Part shown: positions 38,629 through 49,303 of the stretch, one piece after another | Numbering within the stretch: position 1 is the stretch's first letter | Layout of the letters: each line of letters starts with the position of its first letter | Assembly (NCBI GenBank): GCA_965198115.1 | Contig: OZ240241.1 | Span: forward strand, 5,056,001-5,120,000 | DNA: 64,000 bases | Direction of reading: 5' to 3' | From: Candidatus Latescibacterota bacterium | Lineage (GTDB): Bacteria; Latescibacterota; UBA2968 | Made by a program: the position numbers and the translations under genes | The notes under the pieces: model-generated | What the model was told of the DNA's origin: nothing | Seen by the model: only the letters and a program-made list of their open reading frames with translations | The model's database searches: none

Positions 38629-39645
38629 GTGAAGGCGTGTGTGTATACGGGTGTGGAGCGGATGGAAGTTCGGGAAATCGAGCGTCCTCCCAGGGGCGAA
38701 AACGAAGTCACGATTGAGGTGGCGCGGGCGGGGCTGTGTGGGACGGATCTCCACGTCTATCTCGGAGACATGGCGCACCGGGTGACGCCGCCGCGCGTCC
38801 TGGGTCACGAGATGGTCGGGGCGATTGTGGAAGCACCCGATCAGGACCTTGTCACGGTCGGCGACAGGGTCGTCGTCGAACCGACGGTTTTCTGCGGGGC
38901 GTGTGCGGCCTGCCGACGAGGACACACCCACGTCTGTCAGAATCTCAATTTCATGGGGGTGGACAGCACGGGCGCGTTCGCCAACTACTGGAATGTGCCG
39001 GTGGATCGACTTCACAAGGTGCCCGATACGCTGGATGATGTCGCCGGCGCCCTGATCGAGCCCCTGGCCGTAGCGGTTCACGACGTGCGGCGGGCACAGG
39101 TCGAAGTCGGTGATCGTGCCGTGGTCATCGGGGGCGGCCCCATCGGTTTGCTCGTGGCCATTGCGGCCCGTCTGGACGGTGCGGATGTCGTGATCAGCGA
39201 GGTGAATCCGTTCCGGATCGGGGTCGCGGAGTCGTGTGGGTTTACGACGGTCAATCCGACCGAAACGGATCTGGTCGCTTTCGTGGAGGACTGGACGAAC
39301 GGGGCGGCGGCCGATCTCGTTTTCGAAGTGAGCGGCCATCCGGCCGGCGCAGCGATGATGACCGAGATCGTGAGGGTACGCGGTACGATCGCGCTCGTCG
39401 GTGTCCACGCGGACCCCGTTCCCGTGAACCTCCAGCAGTTCTTCGCTCGGGAGCTCCACCTGACGGGTTGTCGTGTCTACGAGCCGATCGATTTCGAGCG
39501 GGCGATCCGCATCGCAGAGGCGGGCCACGTCGACGTCGACAAGATCGTTTCCAAGGTCACACCCATGGAAGAGATCGGGTGGGGGTTCGAGCAGATGAAG
39601 AATGGCGGGGACGTTATGAAAGTTATGATTGATTGCCAGAGTTAA
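38629..39645 (+). CDS. Zn-dependent alcohol/sugar dehydrogenase
   Basis: CGTD, GHE, CGACAAC..G...C, GGGPIG. Confidence 0.9.
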   Translation: MKACVYTGVERMEVREIERPPRGENEVTIEVARAGLCGTDLHVYLGDMAHRVTPPRVLGHEMVGAIVEAPDQDLVTVGDRVVVEPTVFCGACAACRRGHTHVCQNLNFMGVDSTGAFANYWNVPVDRLHKVPDTLDDVAGALIEPLAVAVHDVRRAQVEVGDRAVVIGGGPIGLLVAIAARLDGADVVISEVNPFRIGVAESCGFTTVNPTETDLVAFVEDWTNGAAADLVFEVSGHPAGAAMMTEIVRVRGTIALVGVHADPVPVNLQQFFARELHLTGCRVYEPIDFERAIRIAEAGHVDVDKIVSKVTPMEEIGWGFEQMKNGGDVMKVMIDCQS

Positions 39646-39683
39646 TCGTATCGCTACGGCGTACCTGTTGGGAAACGCATTTT

Positions 39684-39830
39684 GGTGGACGGTGGACGGG
39701 AAAGACGTAGACGTAGACGGAGGACGGTGGACAGTGGACGGGAACGACGGGTTTCGCCCCCAATGCCGGTGGGAGCAGCCTCTCGGCTGCGAACCGATTG
39801 ACCATTGACAAGTGACATTGACCAGTGACC
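39684..39830 (+). repeat. Composite intergenic repeat: GGTGGAC heptamers + GTGG-type REP hairpin + ATTGACC heptamers
   Basis: Read directly. REP GTGGGAGCAGCCTCTCGGCTGCGA at 39769-39792. Confidence 0.75.
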
Positions 39831-39846
39831 AAAGAGAAGGGCGGCA

Positions 39847-40614
39847 ATGAACATTCTTGATGCGTTCAGTTTGGAAGGGAAGACGGCTCTTGTTACGGGA
39901 GCCAGCGCGGGACTCGGGCGGGGGATGGCGGAAGGGTTGGCGGAGGCGGGGGCGGATGTGGTAGTGGTGAGTCGTTCGGCGGAGCGGTTGGAGCCGGTTC
40001 GGGATACGATTCGAGCGATGGGGAGGACGTGTGAGGCGATTCCAGCGGATGTGGGGGATGCGTCGACGATTCGGGATATGGTGGCTAAAGCGAAGGATGT
40101 GACGGGGTCGATCGACATTCTGGTGGCGAATGCCGGAACGACGCATCGATCGCCGGCCGAGGATTTTCCCGAGGAAGAATGGCGCAGGGTGATCGACGTC
40201 AACCTGAATGCGGTTTGGTTCTGCGCCCAAGAAGCGGGCAAGTTGATGATCGATCAGAACCGGGGGAAGGTGATCGCGACGGCTTCGTTGCTGACCTTCC
40301 AGGGGGGGATCACCGTGCCGGCTTATGCAGCGAGCAAGGGCGCGGTGGGACAGCTGATCAAGGCTCTGGCGAACGACTGGGCGAAGTACAACATCCAGGC
40401 CAACGCGATCGCTCCGGGCTACTTCGCGACGGATCTGACGGAGGCGCTTCAGAACGACGAAACTCGGTCCCGGCAGATCTTGGAGCGGATTCCGGCCGAT
40501 CGATGGGGACTGCCGGAGGACATGAAAGGTGCGGCTGTCTTCCTGGCTTCCGATGCGTCAAACTACGTGACCGGGCACGTGCTCGTGGTGGATGGGGGAT
40601 GGATGGGGAGGTAG
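39847..40614 (+). CDS. kduD: SDR, 2-deoxy-D-gluconate 3-dehydrogenase-like
   Basis: FSLEGKTALVTGASAGLG, FQGGITVPAYAASK, ILERIPADRWG, VDGGWMGR. Confidence 0.85.
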   Translation: MNILDAFSLEGKTALVTGASAGLGRGMAEGLAEAGADVVVVSRSAERLEPVRDTIRAMGRTCEAIPADVGDASTIRDMVAKAKDVTGSIDILVANAGTTHRSPAEDFPEEEWRRVIDVNLNAVWFCAQEAGKLMIDQNRGKVIATASLLTFQGGITVPAYAASKGAVGQLIKALANDWAKYNIQANAIAPGYFATDLTEALQNDETRSRQILERIPADRWGLPEDMKGAAVFLASDASNYVTGHVLVVDGGWMGR

Positions 40615-40674
40615 GACATTGAAAATGAAAATTAGGAAATTGAGAATTTCGTGGACCGCTCACGGGGTTGGCTG

Positions 40675-40881
40675 ATGGGCAAGAGCCTGATGATTGCCGG
40701 GGTTGTCCTGTTCTTCGCAGGGTTGGTCGTGATGTACGGAGATCGGATTCCGTTCCTCGGAAAGTTGCCAGGTGATATTCACGTCAAGGGGAAGGGCTAC
40801 TCCATCTACTTTCCGATCGTAACGTGCGTCGTGATCAGTGTGATTGCGACGCTGATTCTCACCTTCCTCAATCGACGATGA
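40675..40881 (+). CDS. DUF2905 family small membrane protein
   Basis: LGKLPGDI...YFPIVT motif. Confidence 0.85.
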   Translation: MGKSLMIAGVVLFFAGLVVMYGDRIPFLGKLPGDIHVKGKGYSIYFPIVTCVVISVIATLILTFLNRR

Positions 40882-41030
40882 TGTCGATCGGCTATCTCCT
40901 GGCCGATATCGATCGGGGCAGAACCCAGACACCTTTGCTTTCCCGAAATCTACAGTCGAGCAGGCGACCCAGCGAGCAGGCGTGGCTCTGCGCTTCTGCT
41001 ACAGAGCGGGCGCGCTGAAAGTGTAACCGG

Positions 41031-42053
41031 TTGAAGCTCTCGGATTTCGATTACGACCTGCCCCCATCCATGATCGCGCAGCATCCGGTGGCGAAGCGGG
41101 ACGCGTCACGGTTGATGGTTCTGGATCGAGCGCTCCAATCGATTTCCCACCATACCTTTTCAGATCTTCCCGATTTGCTGAAAGCCCAAGACTGTCTCGT
41201 CATCAATGAGACGCGTGTAGGTCCGGTCCGTCTGTTCGGTCGACGTCGCGAAACAGGGGGGGCCGTCGAGCTGCTGCTCGTCCGTCCGTTTGAAGACGGG
41301 TCGTGGGAGGCGCTCGCGAGACCGGGTCGCCGGCTGCGGCCAGGCGTCGAAATCGCGTTCGATGGCAGCGATGGCGTCGTCACCGTCGTGGAGGTCTTGC
41401 CCGACGGTCATCGGCGTGTGACGTTCGACAGAGACGCCGAGGCGCTCATGGCTTCGCACGGCCGGACACCGCTGCCGCCTTACATCCAGCGCGAGGCGGA
41501 TGATGCGGATTCGGAGCGCTATCAGACGGTCTATGCGAAGGAGCCGGGCGCCGTTGCGGCGCCGACAGCTGGACTGCATTTCACACATGACATGCTGGGA
41601 AAAATCGAGGCAATGGGAGTCGACATCGCTCGCGTTTTACTGCACGTGGGCCCGGGGACGTTCAGACCGATAGAGTCCGACGATCCGACGCAACACCGGA
41701 TGCACAGCGAGTACTACGAATTAGACGAAGCAGCGGCAGGGTCCGTCAATTCGACGTGCCGACGCGGTGGACGGATCGTCGCAGTCGGGACCACATCGGT
41801 TCGGGTTCTTGAAGCGAACGCGGCTGATCGCGTCGTGACGCACGATACCGGTTGGACGGATATTTTCATCTACCCGCCCTATTGTTTCCAGATGGTGGAT
41901 GCGTTGATTACGAATTTCCATCTGCCTCGATCGACTCTGCTGATGCTCGTGTCGGCGTTTGCGGGGCAGGAGTTCATCCTGGAGGCATACCAGTCGGCCA
42001 TTGCCGAAGATTATCGGTTCTATAGTTATGGGGATGCGATGTTGATTGTCTGA
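41031..42053 (+). CDS. queA: S-adenosylmethionine:tRNA ribosyltransferase-isomerase
   Basis: FDYDLP, PLPPYI, AVAAPTAGLHF, HVGPGTF, TNFHLPRSTL, YSYGDAM. Confidence 0.97.
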   Translation: MKLSDFDYDLPPSMIAQHPVAKRDASRLMVLDRALQSISHHTFSDLPDLLKAQDCLVINETRVGPVRLFGRRRETGGAVELLLVRPFEDGSWEALARPGRRLRPGVEIAFDGSDGVVTVVEVLPDGHRRVTFDRDAEALMASHGRTPLPPYIQREADDADSERYQTVYAKEPGAVAAPTAGLHFTHDMLGKIEAMGVDIARVLLHVGPGTFRPIESDDPTQHRMHSEYYELDEAAAGSVNSTCRRGGRIVAVGTTSVRVLEANAADRVVTHDTGWTDIFIYPPYCFQMVDALITNFHLPRSTLLMLVSAFAGQEFILEAYQSAIAEDYRFYSYGDAMLIV

Positions 42054-42481
42054 GATGATTTGTGACAACGACTTCGCATCCATGCGGGGACATTCTGGTC
42101 CGCCCAATCCTTGTATGCATTACCAATTCGTGCTCCACTCTTTTGCGACCAAAAGAGTGGCAGAAAAGTCCCGCTCAGGCGCCGCGGCGGCTGGTGGCCT
42201 CGGCCGGCAGTTTATGCAGTGGCAAGGACGAACATCGAGTAGCCGATGTGCTCCACCCCGCTCCCTTGTTGTCCGCCGATATCTGGTCTCTTCACAGAAG
42301 AAGCTCTAAAGCTTTTGCACTGGCGGACTAGCCACCGTAGTGAGGTGGAAGGAATACCGGAGCCGCCTGTCGCCTTCCCCTCGGCGCCATCCTGTGGGCA
42401 AGCGAGGATTTTAAGGGGTCCACGTTCTGCAATAGATTCTGACCGCGTTCGAGCGAGGACATTTAGCTATGGGCATCCAAC

Positions 42482-43144
42482 TTGAGTAGGGTGGATTGGA
42501 AACGGCACGGCGTGGAGTTAGCCGTGGTCTTCGTCGGGGTGACGCTGGCGTTCATGCTGGACAGCTGGCGGGACGACCAGAAACGGGTGGAGCTCGAGCG
42601 GAACTATCTGGTGAGCTTCAGTGCTGATCTGGAACGGGACAAGCACGATATCGATTCCCTGCTCGCCGTGACCGATCGTGTCAGGGAGGACGCCATCCGT
42701 CTGGGGGGCATGCTCGCAGAAGGGGCGTCCGTCCATCCAGACACGGTGACGGCTCTGCTTTCCGGTGCGATGACGATCGCACAACTGCCACGGAACAGAA
42801 GCACGTATGTTTCCATTTCGAGCAGCGGGAACCTCGGCGTCATCACGAGCTACGCCCTCAGAGAACACGTGGTCACCTACTACCAACTGCTCGACAGAAC
42901 GGAACTGGCCGTGCGGGTCTCGAACGATTTTCTGAACGACTACATCATTCCGCTCTTTGTCGATCATCTGGATTTCGTTACCCAGAAGTGGGAGCCCGCG
43001 GACGTGGTTAGCTCTTCGCGGTTTCGAAATGTCGTGATCGGATACGGTCAGCTCGCCACGCAAAATGTGGCAGCCTACGAGAAAGTGGCGGCGGCACGTG
43101 ACACGCTGGCCCAACTCGTTCATCGAGAGCTGGACACACGATGA
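42482..43144 (+). CDS. Membrane-anchored hypothetical protein
   Basis: ELAVVFVGVTLAF..D.W N-terminal anchor; overlaps the ispDF start. Confidence 0.7.
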   Translation: MSRVDWKRHGVELAVVFVGVTLAFMLDSWRDDQKRVELERNYLVSFSADLERDKHDIDSLLAVTDRVREDAIRLGGMLAEGASVHPDTVTALLSGAMTIAQLPRNRSTYVSISSSGNLGVITSYALREHVVTYYQLLDRTELAVRVSNDFLNDYIIPLFVDHLDFVTQKWEPADVVSSSRFRNVVIGYGQLATQNVAAYEKVAAARDTLAQLVHRELDTR

Positions 43145-44316
43145 TCTGTTACGCCATTATCCTCGCCGGGGGATCGGGGAGCCGGATGGGGGGCGAAGAA
43201 CCAAAACAGTTTCTCGAATTGGCGGGACGGCCGATACTGGCCTACGCGCTGGAGGCATTCGAGGCGAGCGACGCTGTGGACGGCATCATCGTGGTCGGCC
43301 CGGCCGATCGCCTGGATGCCTGCGAAGCCTTGTCGCGTCAGATGGGATGTCGTAAAATGAAAGACATCGTGCCGGGCGGTGCCGAGCGCCAGGATTCGGT
43401 CCGATGCGGTCTTCACGCGTTGCCCGACGACGTCGATCTGGTTGCCGTTCACGACGGCGCCCGTCCGCTGGTTGAACCCGAAGACATCGAGCGCGTGATC
43501 GATGCTGCTCACGATTCGGGCGCGGCGGTTGTTGGAATGAAGTTGACGGACACAGTTAAGCGAATCGCCGAAGATCGTGTGGAGGAAACGCTGGATCGAG
43601 CGACGCTCCGGGCGGTTCAGACCCCTCAGGCTTTTCGTGTGTCGCTCCTTCGGGAGGCCCAGGCTCGAGCCGCTCGTGACGGCTTCGTCGGGACCGATGA
43701 TGCGGTTTTGGTCGAGCGGATCGGCCGTCCAGTCGCAGTTCTGGAGGGGTCGTCCGAAAACATCAAGGTGACCGTGCCGGAGGATCTCGAGCGCGTCGAA
43801 GCGATTCTACGCAGAAGGGAAGGTCAGACGGCCACTCAACGGATCGGCATGGGGTACGACGTCCACCGGCTGGTGGAGGGGCGACCGCTCGTGCTCGGAG
43901 GGGTCGAAGTCCCGTTCGATCGGGGTCTGCTCGGGCATTCCGATGCGGACGTCCTGATTCACGTGGTGATTGACGCGTTGCTCGGCGCGATTGGGGCGGG
44001 TGACATCGGTCGCCATTTTCCAGATACGGACGAGCGCTACAAGGACATTTCCAGCATCGTCCTGCTCGAGCGAACGGCCGATGTGCTTCGGGAACGAAAG
44101 GCGTCGATCGTTAACATCGACGCGACGGTGATGGCTGAACAGCCCAAACTGGCGCCACACATTCCCCAGATGGAAGCCAACATCGGCAGGGCACTCGGCG
44201 TGGAGCGTTCAAAGGTGTCGGTTAAAGCGACGACGACGGAGACGCTCGGGTTCGTAGGGCGCGAGGAAGGGGTTGCGGCTCAGGCGGTGGCGATGGTAAA
44301 CGAACATGGAAGATAG
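43141..44316 (+). CDS. ispDF: Bifunctional IspD/IspF
   Basis: LAGGSGSRMG..PKQF, HDGARP, QTPQAF; RIGMGYDVH, GHSDADV, GDIGRHFP, KATTTE. Confidence 0.96.
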   Translation: MICYAIILAGGSGSRMGGEEPKQFLELAGRPILAYALEAFEASDAVDGIIVVGPADRLDACEALSRQMGCRKMKDIVPGGAERQDSVRCGLHALPDDVDLVAVHDGARPLVEPEDIERVIDAAHDSGAAVVGMKLTDTVKRIAEDRVEETLDRATLRAVQTPQAFRVSLLREAQARAARDGFVGTDDAVLVERIGRPVAVLEGSSENIKVTVPEDLERVEAILRRREGQTATQRIGMGYDVHRLVEGRPLVLGGVEVPFDRGLLGHSDADVLIHVVIDALLGAIGAGDIGRHFPDTDERYKDISSIVLLERTADVLRERKASIVNIDATVMAEQPKLAPHIPQMEANIGRALGVERSKVSVKATTTETLGFVGREEGVAAQAVAMVNEHGR

Positions 44317-44351
44317 AACATTGAGGGTCGGACATTTTCAATGTTCTATCT
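44312..44351. repeat. Intergenic inverted repeat (about 14-bp arms)
   Basis: AGATAGAACATTGA...TCAATGTTCTATCT. Confidence 0.6.
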
Positions 44352-44368
44352 TCATTCTTAAATGATTA

Positions 44369-45031
44369 ATGGAGTTTTTTTCACAACAGTGGGATGCGTT
44401 TCTGGTGTATCTGAATGCGGCGCCGCCGAACTGGATTTATTTCTTCCTGTTCCTCGGCGCGTTCTTGGAGAACATCGTTCCGCCGATTCCGGGTGATACT
44501 CTGATCGTTTTCGGCGCGTATCTCGCGGGGATGGGCGTGATCAAGGTTCTGCCGGCCTACGTAGTCATGTGGGTCGGGAGCGCGGTCGGATGTCTCGTGG
44601 TCTACGCGCTGGCCTACGCCAAAGGTCGAGATTTCTTCCTTCGTGTCGAAGCACGATTCTTCGATGAATCGAAGTTGGAAACGGCCGAGGTGTGGTTCGA
44701 GCGGTATGGTGTTCGGATCGTCATCTTCAATCGCTTTCTACCGACGGTTCGGGCCTTCGTCGGTATCGTGGCCGGCATTATTCGAATGCATCCCGTTCGA
44801 ATGGTGGCCTATGTCACACTTGGAACTTTCCTGTGGAACAGTCTGCTGGTTTTCTTCGGGCTGAAAGTCGGTGAGAACTGGCAACTCGTCATCAAAGTAC
44901 TAAAGACTTACAATCAAGTGGTGATCGGTCTCGCGGTGGTGCTCATTGGCGGATACTACGGGTGGAAGCGGTGGCGGAGGGCGCGCGATGACGATCGTGG
45001 AGGGGATGGGGAAGAGCAGAGTGCTGCTTGA
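44369..45031 (+). CDS. DedA family membrane protein
   Basis: ENIVPPIPGD, FERYG, RFLPTVR. Confidence 0.9.
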   Translation: MEFFSQQWDAFLVYLNAAPPNWIYFFLFLGAFLENIVPPIPGDTLIVFGAYLAGMGVIKVLPAYVVMWVGSAVGCLVVYALAYAKGRDFFLRVEARFFDESKLETAEVWFERYGVRIVIFNRFLPTVRAFVGIVAGIIRMHPVRMVAYVTLGTFLWNSLLVFFGLKVGENWQLVIKVLKTYNQVVIGLAVVLIGGYYGWKRWRRARDDDRGGDGEEQSAA

Positions 45032-45032
45032 G

Positions 45033-45262
45033 ATTGACCAGTGACAGGTGACCAATGACCATTGACCAAAGTAGATGACAGATGACAGGGGACAGAAGAG
45101 CAGAACGGGAGACGGGGCGAACGGCACAGCGGGCGTGACAATGAATCATCGTTTGCGGTGGGAGCGGCCTCCCGGCCGCGAACTGGTAGTCGGTGGACAG
45201 TAGACGAATAGACGGCTTCGCCGCTATGACTTCACCCGTTCTCTCCTTCCCCGTCACCCGCT
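45033..45262 (+). repeat. Composite intergenic repeat: TGACC heptamers, REP hairpin, GTGGAC heptamers
   Basis: REP GTGGGAGCGGCCTCCCGGCCGCGA at 45158-45181. Same modules as 39684-39830. Confidence 0.72.
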
Positions 45263-45283
45263 CAGCATCTATGAAGGAAATCG

Positions 45284-46384
45284 ATGGGTAAGAAGATCAG
45301 ATTAGGCATTCTGTTCGGGGGTCGGTCGGCAGAGCACGAGATCTCGGTCCAGTCGGCGCGGAACATTGTGGATGCGCTCGACAAGGACAAGTACGAGGTC
45401 GTGCTGATCGGAATCGACAAGAGGGGGCAGTGGTCCTTGAATGAAGGGGCTCTGCCCCTGTTGGCATCGGGCGATGGAGACCTGCCGTCCTTCGAGGGGA
45501 ATGAAGAGCAGCGTGTGACGCTGGTTTCGGAATCGGGTGGCGGCGAACTGGTGAAAACGTCGAACAACGAGCATCTGGGAACGGTCGATGTGGTTTTTCC
45601 GATTCTACACGGGCCGTATGGAGAAGACGGTACGGTCCAGGGCATGCTCAAACTATTCGACGTTCCATTCGTGGGAGGCGGCGTGCTGGGGTCCGCTGTC
45701 GGGCTGGACAAGGATGTGATGAAGCGATTGCTGCGGGATGCGGGGATTCCGATCGGGGACTTCCGCTGTGTTCACGCACACGCTCGAGACCGGGTGACGT
45801 TCGAATCGTTGGCGGAGGCATTGGGCGTTCCAATGTTCGTGAAGCCGGCGAATATGGGATCTTCGGTCGGGATCAGCAAGGTGGCCGACGCCGAAGAATA
45901 CCAGGCTGCGATGGACGAGGCCTTGAAGTATGACACCAAGGTTATCGTGGAAGCGAACGTGGCAGGGAGGGAAATCGAGTGCGCGGTCCTGGGGAACGAA
46001 TCCCCGATCGTTTCTGTCGTGGGCGAAGTCATTCCTCACCACGACTTCTACTCATATGAAGCCAAGTACATCGACGAAAACGGGGCCGCTCTGGTCATTC
46101 CGGCCGGTCTTCCAGAAGAGATCACGCAGCAGGCAAAGGACCTCGCGATCGAAACCTTCCAGGTGCTCTGCTGCGAGGGCATGGCACGGGTAGATCTCTT
46201 TCTGACACCAGACAATCATCTCGTCCTGAACGAGATCAACACGATCCCAGGCTTTACGCGAATCAGCATGTACCCCAAGCTGTTCGAGGCGAGTGGGGTG
46301 TCCTATTCAGAATTGATTGATCGTCTCGTGCAGCTGGCCATTGCGCGGCACGAACGAGACGTGGGGTTGAAGACGAGTCGCTAG
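45284..46384 (+). CDS. ddl: D-alanine--D-alanine ligase
   Basis: GGRSAEHEIS, LHGPYGEDG, KPANMGSSVG, FYSYEAKY, NEINTIPGFT.ISMYP. Confidence 0.97.
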   Translation: MGKKIRLGILFGGRSAEHEISVQSARNIVDALDKDKYEVVLIGIDKRGQWSLNEGALPLLASGDGDLPSFEGNEEQRVTLVSESGGGELVKTSNNEHLGTVDVVFPILHGPYGEDGTVQGMLKLFDVPFVGGGVLGSAVGLDKDVMKRLLRDAGIPIGDFRCVHAHARDRVTFESLAEALGVPMFVKPANMGSSVGISKVADAEEYQAAMDEALKYDTKVIVEANVAGREIECAVLGNESPIVSVVGEVIPHHDFYSYEAKYIDENGAALVIPAGLPEEITQQAKDLAIETFQVLCCEGMARVDLFLTPDNHLVLNEINTIPGFTRISMYPKLFEASGVSYSELIDRLVQLAIARHERDVGLKTSR

Positions 46385-46853
46385 GCGCGGTTATCGGGCA
46401 ACCCACGGGCCGCAACCATTTCCGGTTGGGGCCATTTTATTTACAGTGTGCCGAAATTGTGTTGTACCTCGCGAAGTTCTGGGGTGAAATGGCAATTTTG
46501 GGGATGAGTAGGCTACGCTAAACATCTCAGCTAACCTGATGGGGGGGGCATCCAGATCGAATTGCAGGTCTGTGACAGCGTCGGGGTTGGGCCCGCCGTT
46601 TGGCGTCCGGTCTTATCGGATCCTGACGTGGTCACTGGGGAGGTCCGTCCAGTACCGGACCCATAAAGCAAGTTGTGACCAACGCCGTTGGAATTGGGTT
46701 CAGCGGCGTTTCTGTGTTTGCACCGAAGTAAACCAAGACAGTGCGGAAATTGTCTGGACCCCTCCAATAGAAGGCCAGAGAACCCGTGTGGCCAAAAGAT
46801 ACGGTAGTAGTAGCAGCGGGTAGCGTGGTCCAAATAGCGACGGCCAATACTTA

Positions 46854-48115
46854 GTGCATGGTTTCATAAATATTATTACGTATGTCCTGAACATTATTTG
46901 TAGCTTATGTTCTCCTTCAAAAGGAGGAGAACAATGCCAAGACGTTCGCCTTATGTGGTGCTACTGTCTGAGAAGGAACAGGTCGACCTCGAGCGAATGG
47001 CTGGACAATATACGTTACCGTATTATCAAGTGATCCGATCGAAAATCGTGCTTCTCGCCGCCGAGGGATTATCCAACAAGATTATCGCCCAACGGTTGGA
47101 TGTCCCGCGTCCGATCGTAAGCAAATGGCGTAAGCGCTTTTTCGAAGAGCGTCTTTCGGGACTCGAAGATAGATCTCGTCCCGGGCGCCCGCCCGGTTTT
47201 CCCCCCTCAGGTGGTCGTTCAGATCAAGGCGCTGGCGTGTGAACTACCGAGCGAGAGCGGGATACCGCTCTCGCGGTTCAGCTGTTCCGAGATTGCCGCC
47301 GAGGCAGTGCAAAGGGGCTTCGTTGCCAAGATCAGCGGCGCCACTGTCTGGCGCTGGTTGAACGAGGACGCGATTCGTCCTTGGTATCATCGCTCCTGGA
47401 TTTTCCCACGGGACCCGGACTTCCAAACCAAAGCAGGTAGAGTCCTTGATCTGTATCACCGCCAATGGCAAGGAAAGCCTTTAGGGCCGAGGGAATATGT
47501 ACTTTCTGCCGACGAAAAGACCAGTATTCAAGCACGAGCTCGCAAGCACGTTACCCTACCGCCAGCCTCGAACAGAGCGGCACGCGTTGAAACACGAATA
47601 CGAGCGGAAAGGAGCCCTGGCCTATCTGGCTGCTCTCGACGTGCACAATGGTCGAATCTTCGGTCTCTGTGAGTCTTCTTCGGGTATCGAGCCCTTCAAC
47701 CGGCTCCTGAGCCTGATCATGAGCCGGAAACCCTATTGCTCGGCAAAGAAAGTCTACCTCATCGTGGATAATGGCTCCTCGCACCGAGGGCAAACATGCA
47801 TCGACCGTATCCAGGGGAAGTGGCCAAACATCCACCCCGTTCACCTTCCGATCCACGCAAGCTGGCTCAATCAGATCGAGATCTACTTCTCGATCCTCAA
47901 ACGCAAGGCTCTGACACCTATCGAATTTGCATCGCTCGAAGAGCTTGAGGCAAGAATCCTCGGTTTTCAGGAACGCTACGGACGTATCGCCACACCCTTC
48001 AAATGGAAGTTCACACGAACAGATCTCGCGGAGATGATCGACAAACTCAGGTTCTACGATACGCCCTTGGCAAAGTCTGCTTAGAATACGTCACCGTATT
48101 TGCGAACAGGAGTAC
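46854..48115 (+). mobile_element. IS630-family element, copy 2 (1262 bp)
   Basis: TA flanks (CTTAAG site). Transposase 46934-48084 in three frames. Confidence 0.94.
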
Positions 48116-48117
48116 TA

Positions 48118-48493
48118 AGAGAGTGTCAGTATTCCTTCGTTGGGGGTGGACGCACGAATACGGCAGCGAGTTCGTATGACAATCAGGTCTATGGCCCCGG
48201 TGAATTGTTGAAGCTGAGGCCGATAAGCTTCACCTGGCGATCAGCCGTCGCAAGGCAGAAAGTTGGGGCTCGTCGCGCAGGAGGTTCGAGAGATCATCCG
48301 GGAGGCGGTGGTCGAAGGAGATGACGAGCAGAAGATGCTGGGCATGAACAACAGTGACCTGATGCCCGTTCTGATCAGAGGCGTTCAGGAGCAGCAGACG
48401 ATCATCGACGACCAGAAGCGGAAGCTCGAAGCCATGGAAGCGCGGCTGGCGCGACTCGAGCGAGTACTGGAGACACGACTCTCGTCGCGTTGA
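48118..48493 (+). pseudogene. Remnant of a fibre/adhesin gene with a Peptidase_S74 intramolecular chaperone C-terminus
   Basis: YSFVGGG.N.A repeat, LLKLRPISFTW, frameshift, LGLVAQEV...LMPVLIRGVQEQQ coiled coil. Cut by the IS630. Confidence 0.72.
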
Positions 48494-48517
48494 GGGTTCA
48501 CCAAAGGAGCGGACACC

Positions 48518-49006
48518 ATGCTGAGTCCTGCCCAGGTATCCCACAGACTCAAGATTGCATCGAAAATCCCGTTCATGGACGACCTGTCGGCCTCCCAGAT
48601 TGACCGGCTGCTGCAGTCCGGCAAGATTCGCTCCTTGGATGCGGGGCAGTTCCTGTGCAAGGCGGGCGACAACAGCAACGCCCTTTGGATTCTGCTCGCA
48701 GGCAAGCTCTCGATCCTGAGTGGTGATTTTGAGCTGACGGTGATCGACAGGGTCGACATCTTGGGCGAGATGGGTTTGGTGACGGGGCTGTCACGATCGG
48801 CCAGCATGAAGGCGATTCAGGATGTCGTGCTCCTCGAGATCCTGAAGCTGCGTCTTGATTCGCTGTTGAAGAAGGACATCGACCTGGAGCGAAAGGTCTA
48901 TCGCAACATGATGCGATCGCTCTGTCAAAAGCTGCGCTCTACGAGCACGCGGCTGGCGGAGGATATGACGAAGGCCGACCGCGAAGTCATGGCGGCCCTG
49001 TCCTGA
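48518..49006 (+). CDS. Stand-alone cyclic nucleotide-binding domain protein
   Basis: IPF..L, GD, LGEMGLV...RSAS. Confidence 0.85.
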   Translation: MLSPAQVSHRLKIASKIPFMDDLSASQIDRLLQSGKIRSLDAGQFLCKAGDNSNALWILLAGKLSILSGDFELTVIDRVDILGEMGLVTGLSRSASMKAIQDVVLLEILKLRLDSLLKKDIDLERKVYRNMMRSLCQKLRSTSTRLAEDMTKADREVMAALS

Positions 49007-49270
49007 GGATCGGATAAAAGCTTCTCCGAAGATGTGACACGGATCTGATTGGCGGGCTGATATGACCAGAGATGTGGACTTCGCGGATTTCGCGCGAGGT
49101 TACCGCCGCACCGCTGTTCGTGTAAATGGACGTGGCCTGGGGGATGCCGTGTTGGGATCCATCGACGAGGGCACCAGGGAGCGCGTGGCGTACTCTGCGA
49201 CTCCAGAGAGGATCGTGGTCTCCGAGAGCAATTGAGGGCGAGATCGTTCGTGTCGGCTATTGATCACCCC

Positions 49271-49303
49271 AGCGGCGGTCCGAGAGGATCGCCGCTTATT
49301 GTT
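49271..49303 (+). terminator. Putative terminator
   Basis: AGCGGCGGTCC-GAGA-GGATCGCCGCT followed by TATTGTTT. Confidence 0.6.

Noticed and set aside
39684-39830. Possible CRISPR array
   Set aside because: Units are 6-7 nt and degenerate, with no spacers and no cas genes. No CRISPR array was seen anywhere in the window.
13399-40230. Long antisense or alternate-frame ORFs (e.g. 13399-14592, 16616-18106, 18873-20144, 38521-40230)
   Set aside because: Shadows of well-supported GC-rich genes, with no recognisable motifs.
42054-42481. Possible riboswitch or ncRNA in the 430-bp gap after queA
   Set aside because: Only short hairpins, no preQ1 or other recognisable motif, and the small ORFs are unconvincing.
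49062-49235. 57-aa ORF MTRDVDFADF...
   Set aside because: Weak RBS and no motif; cannot be supported without homologs.
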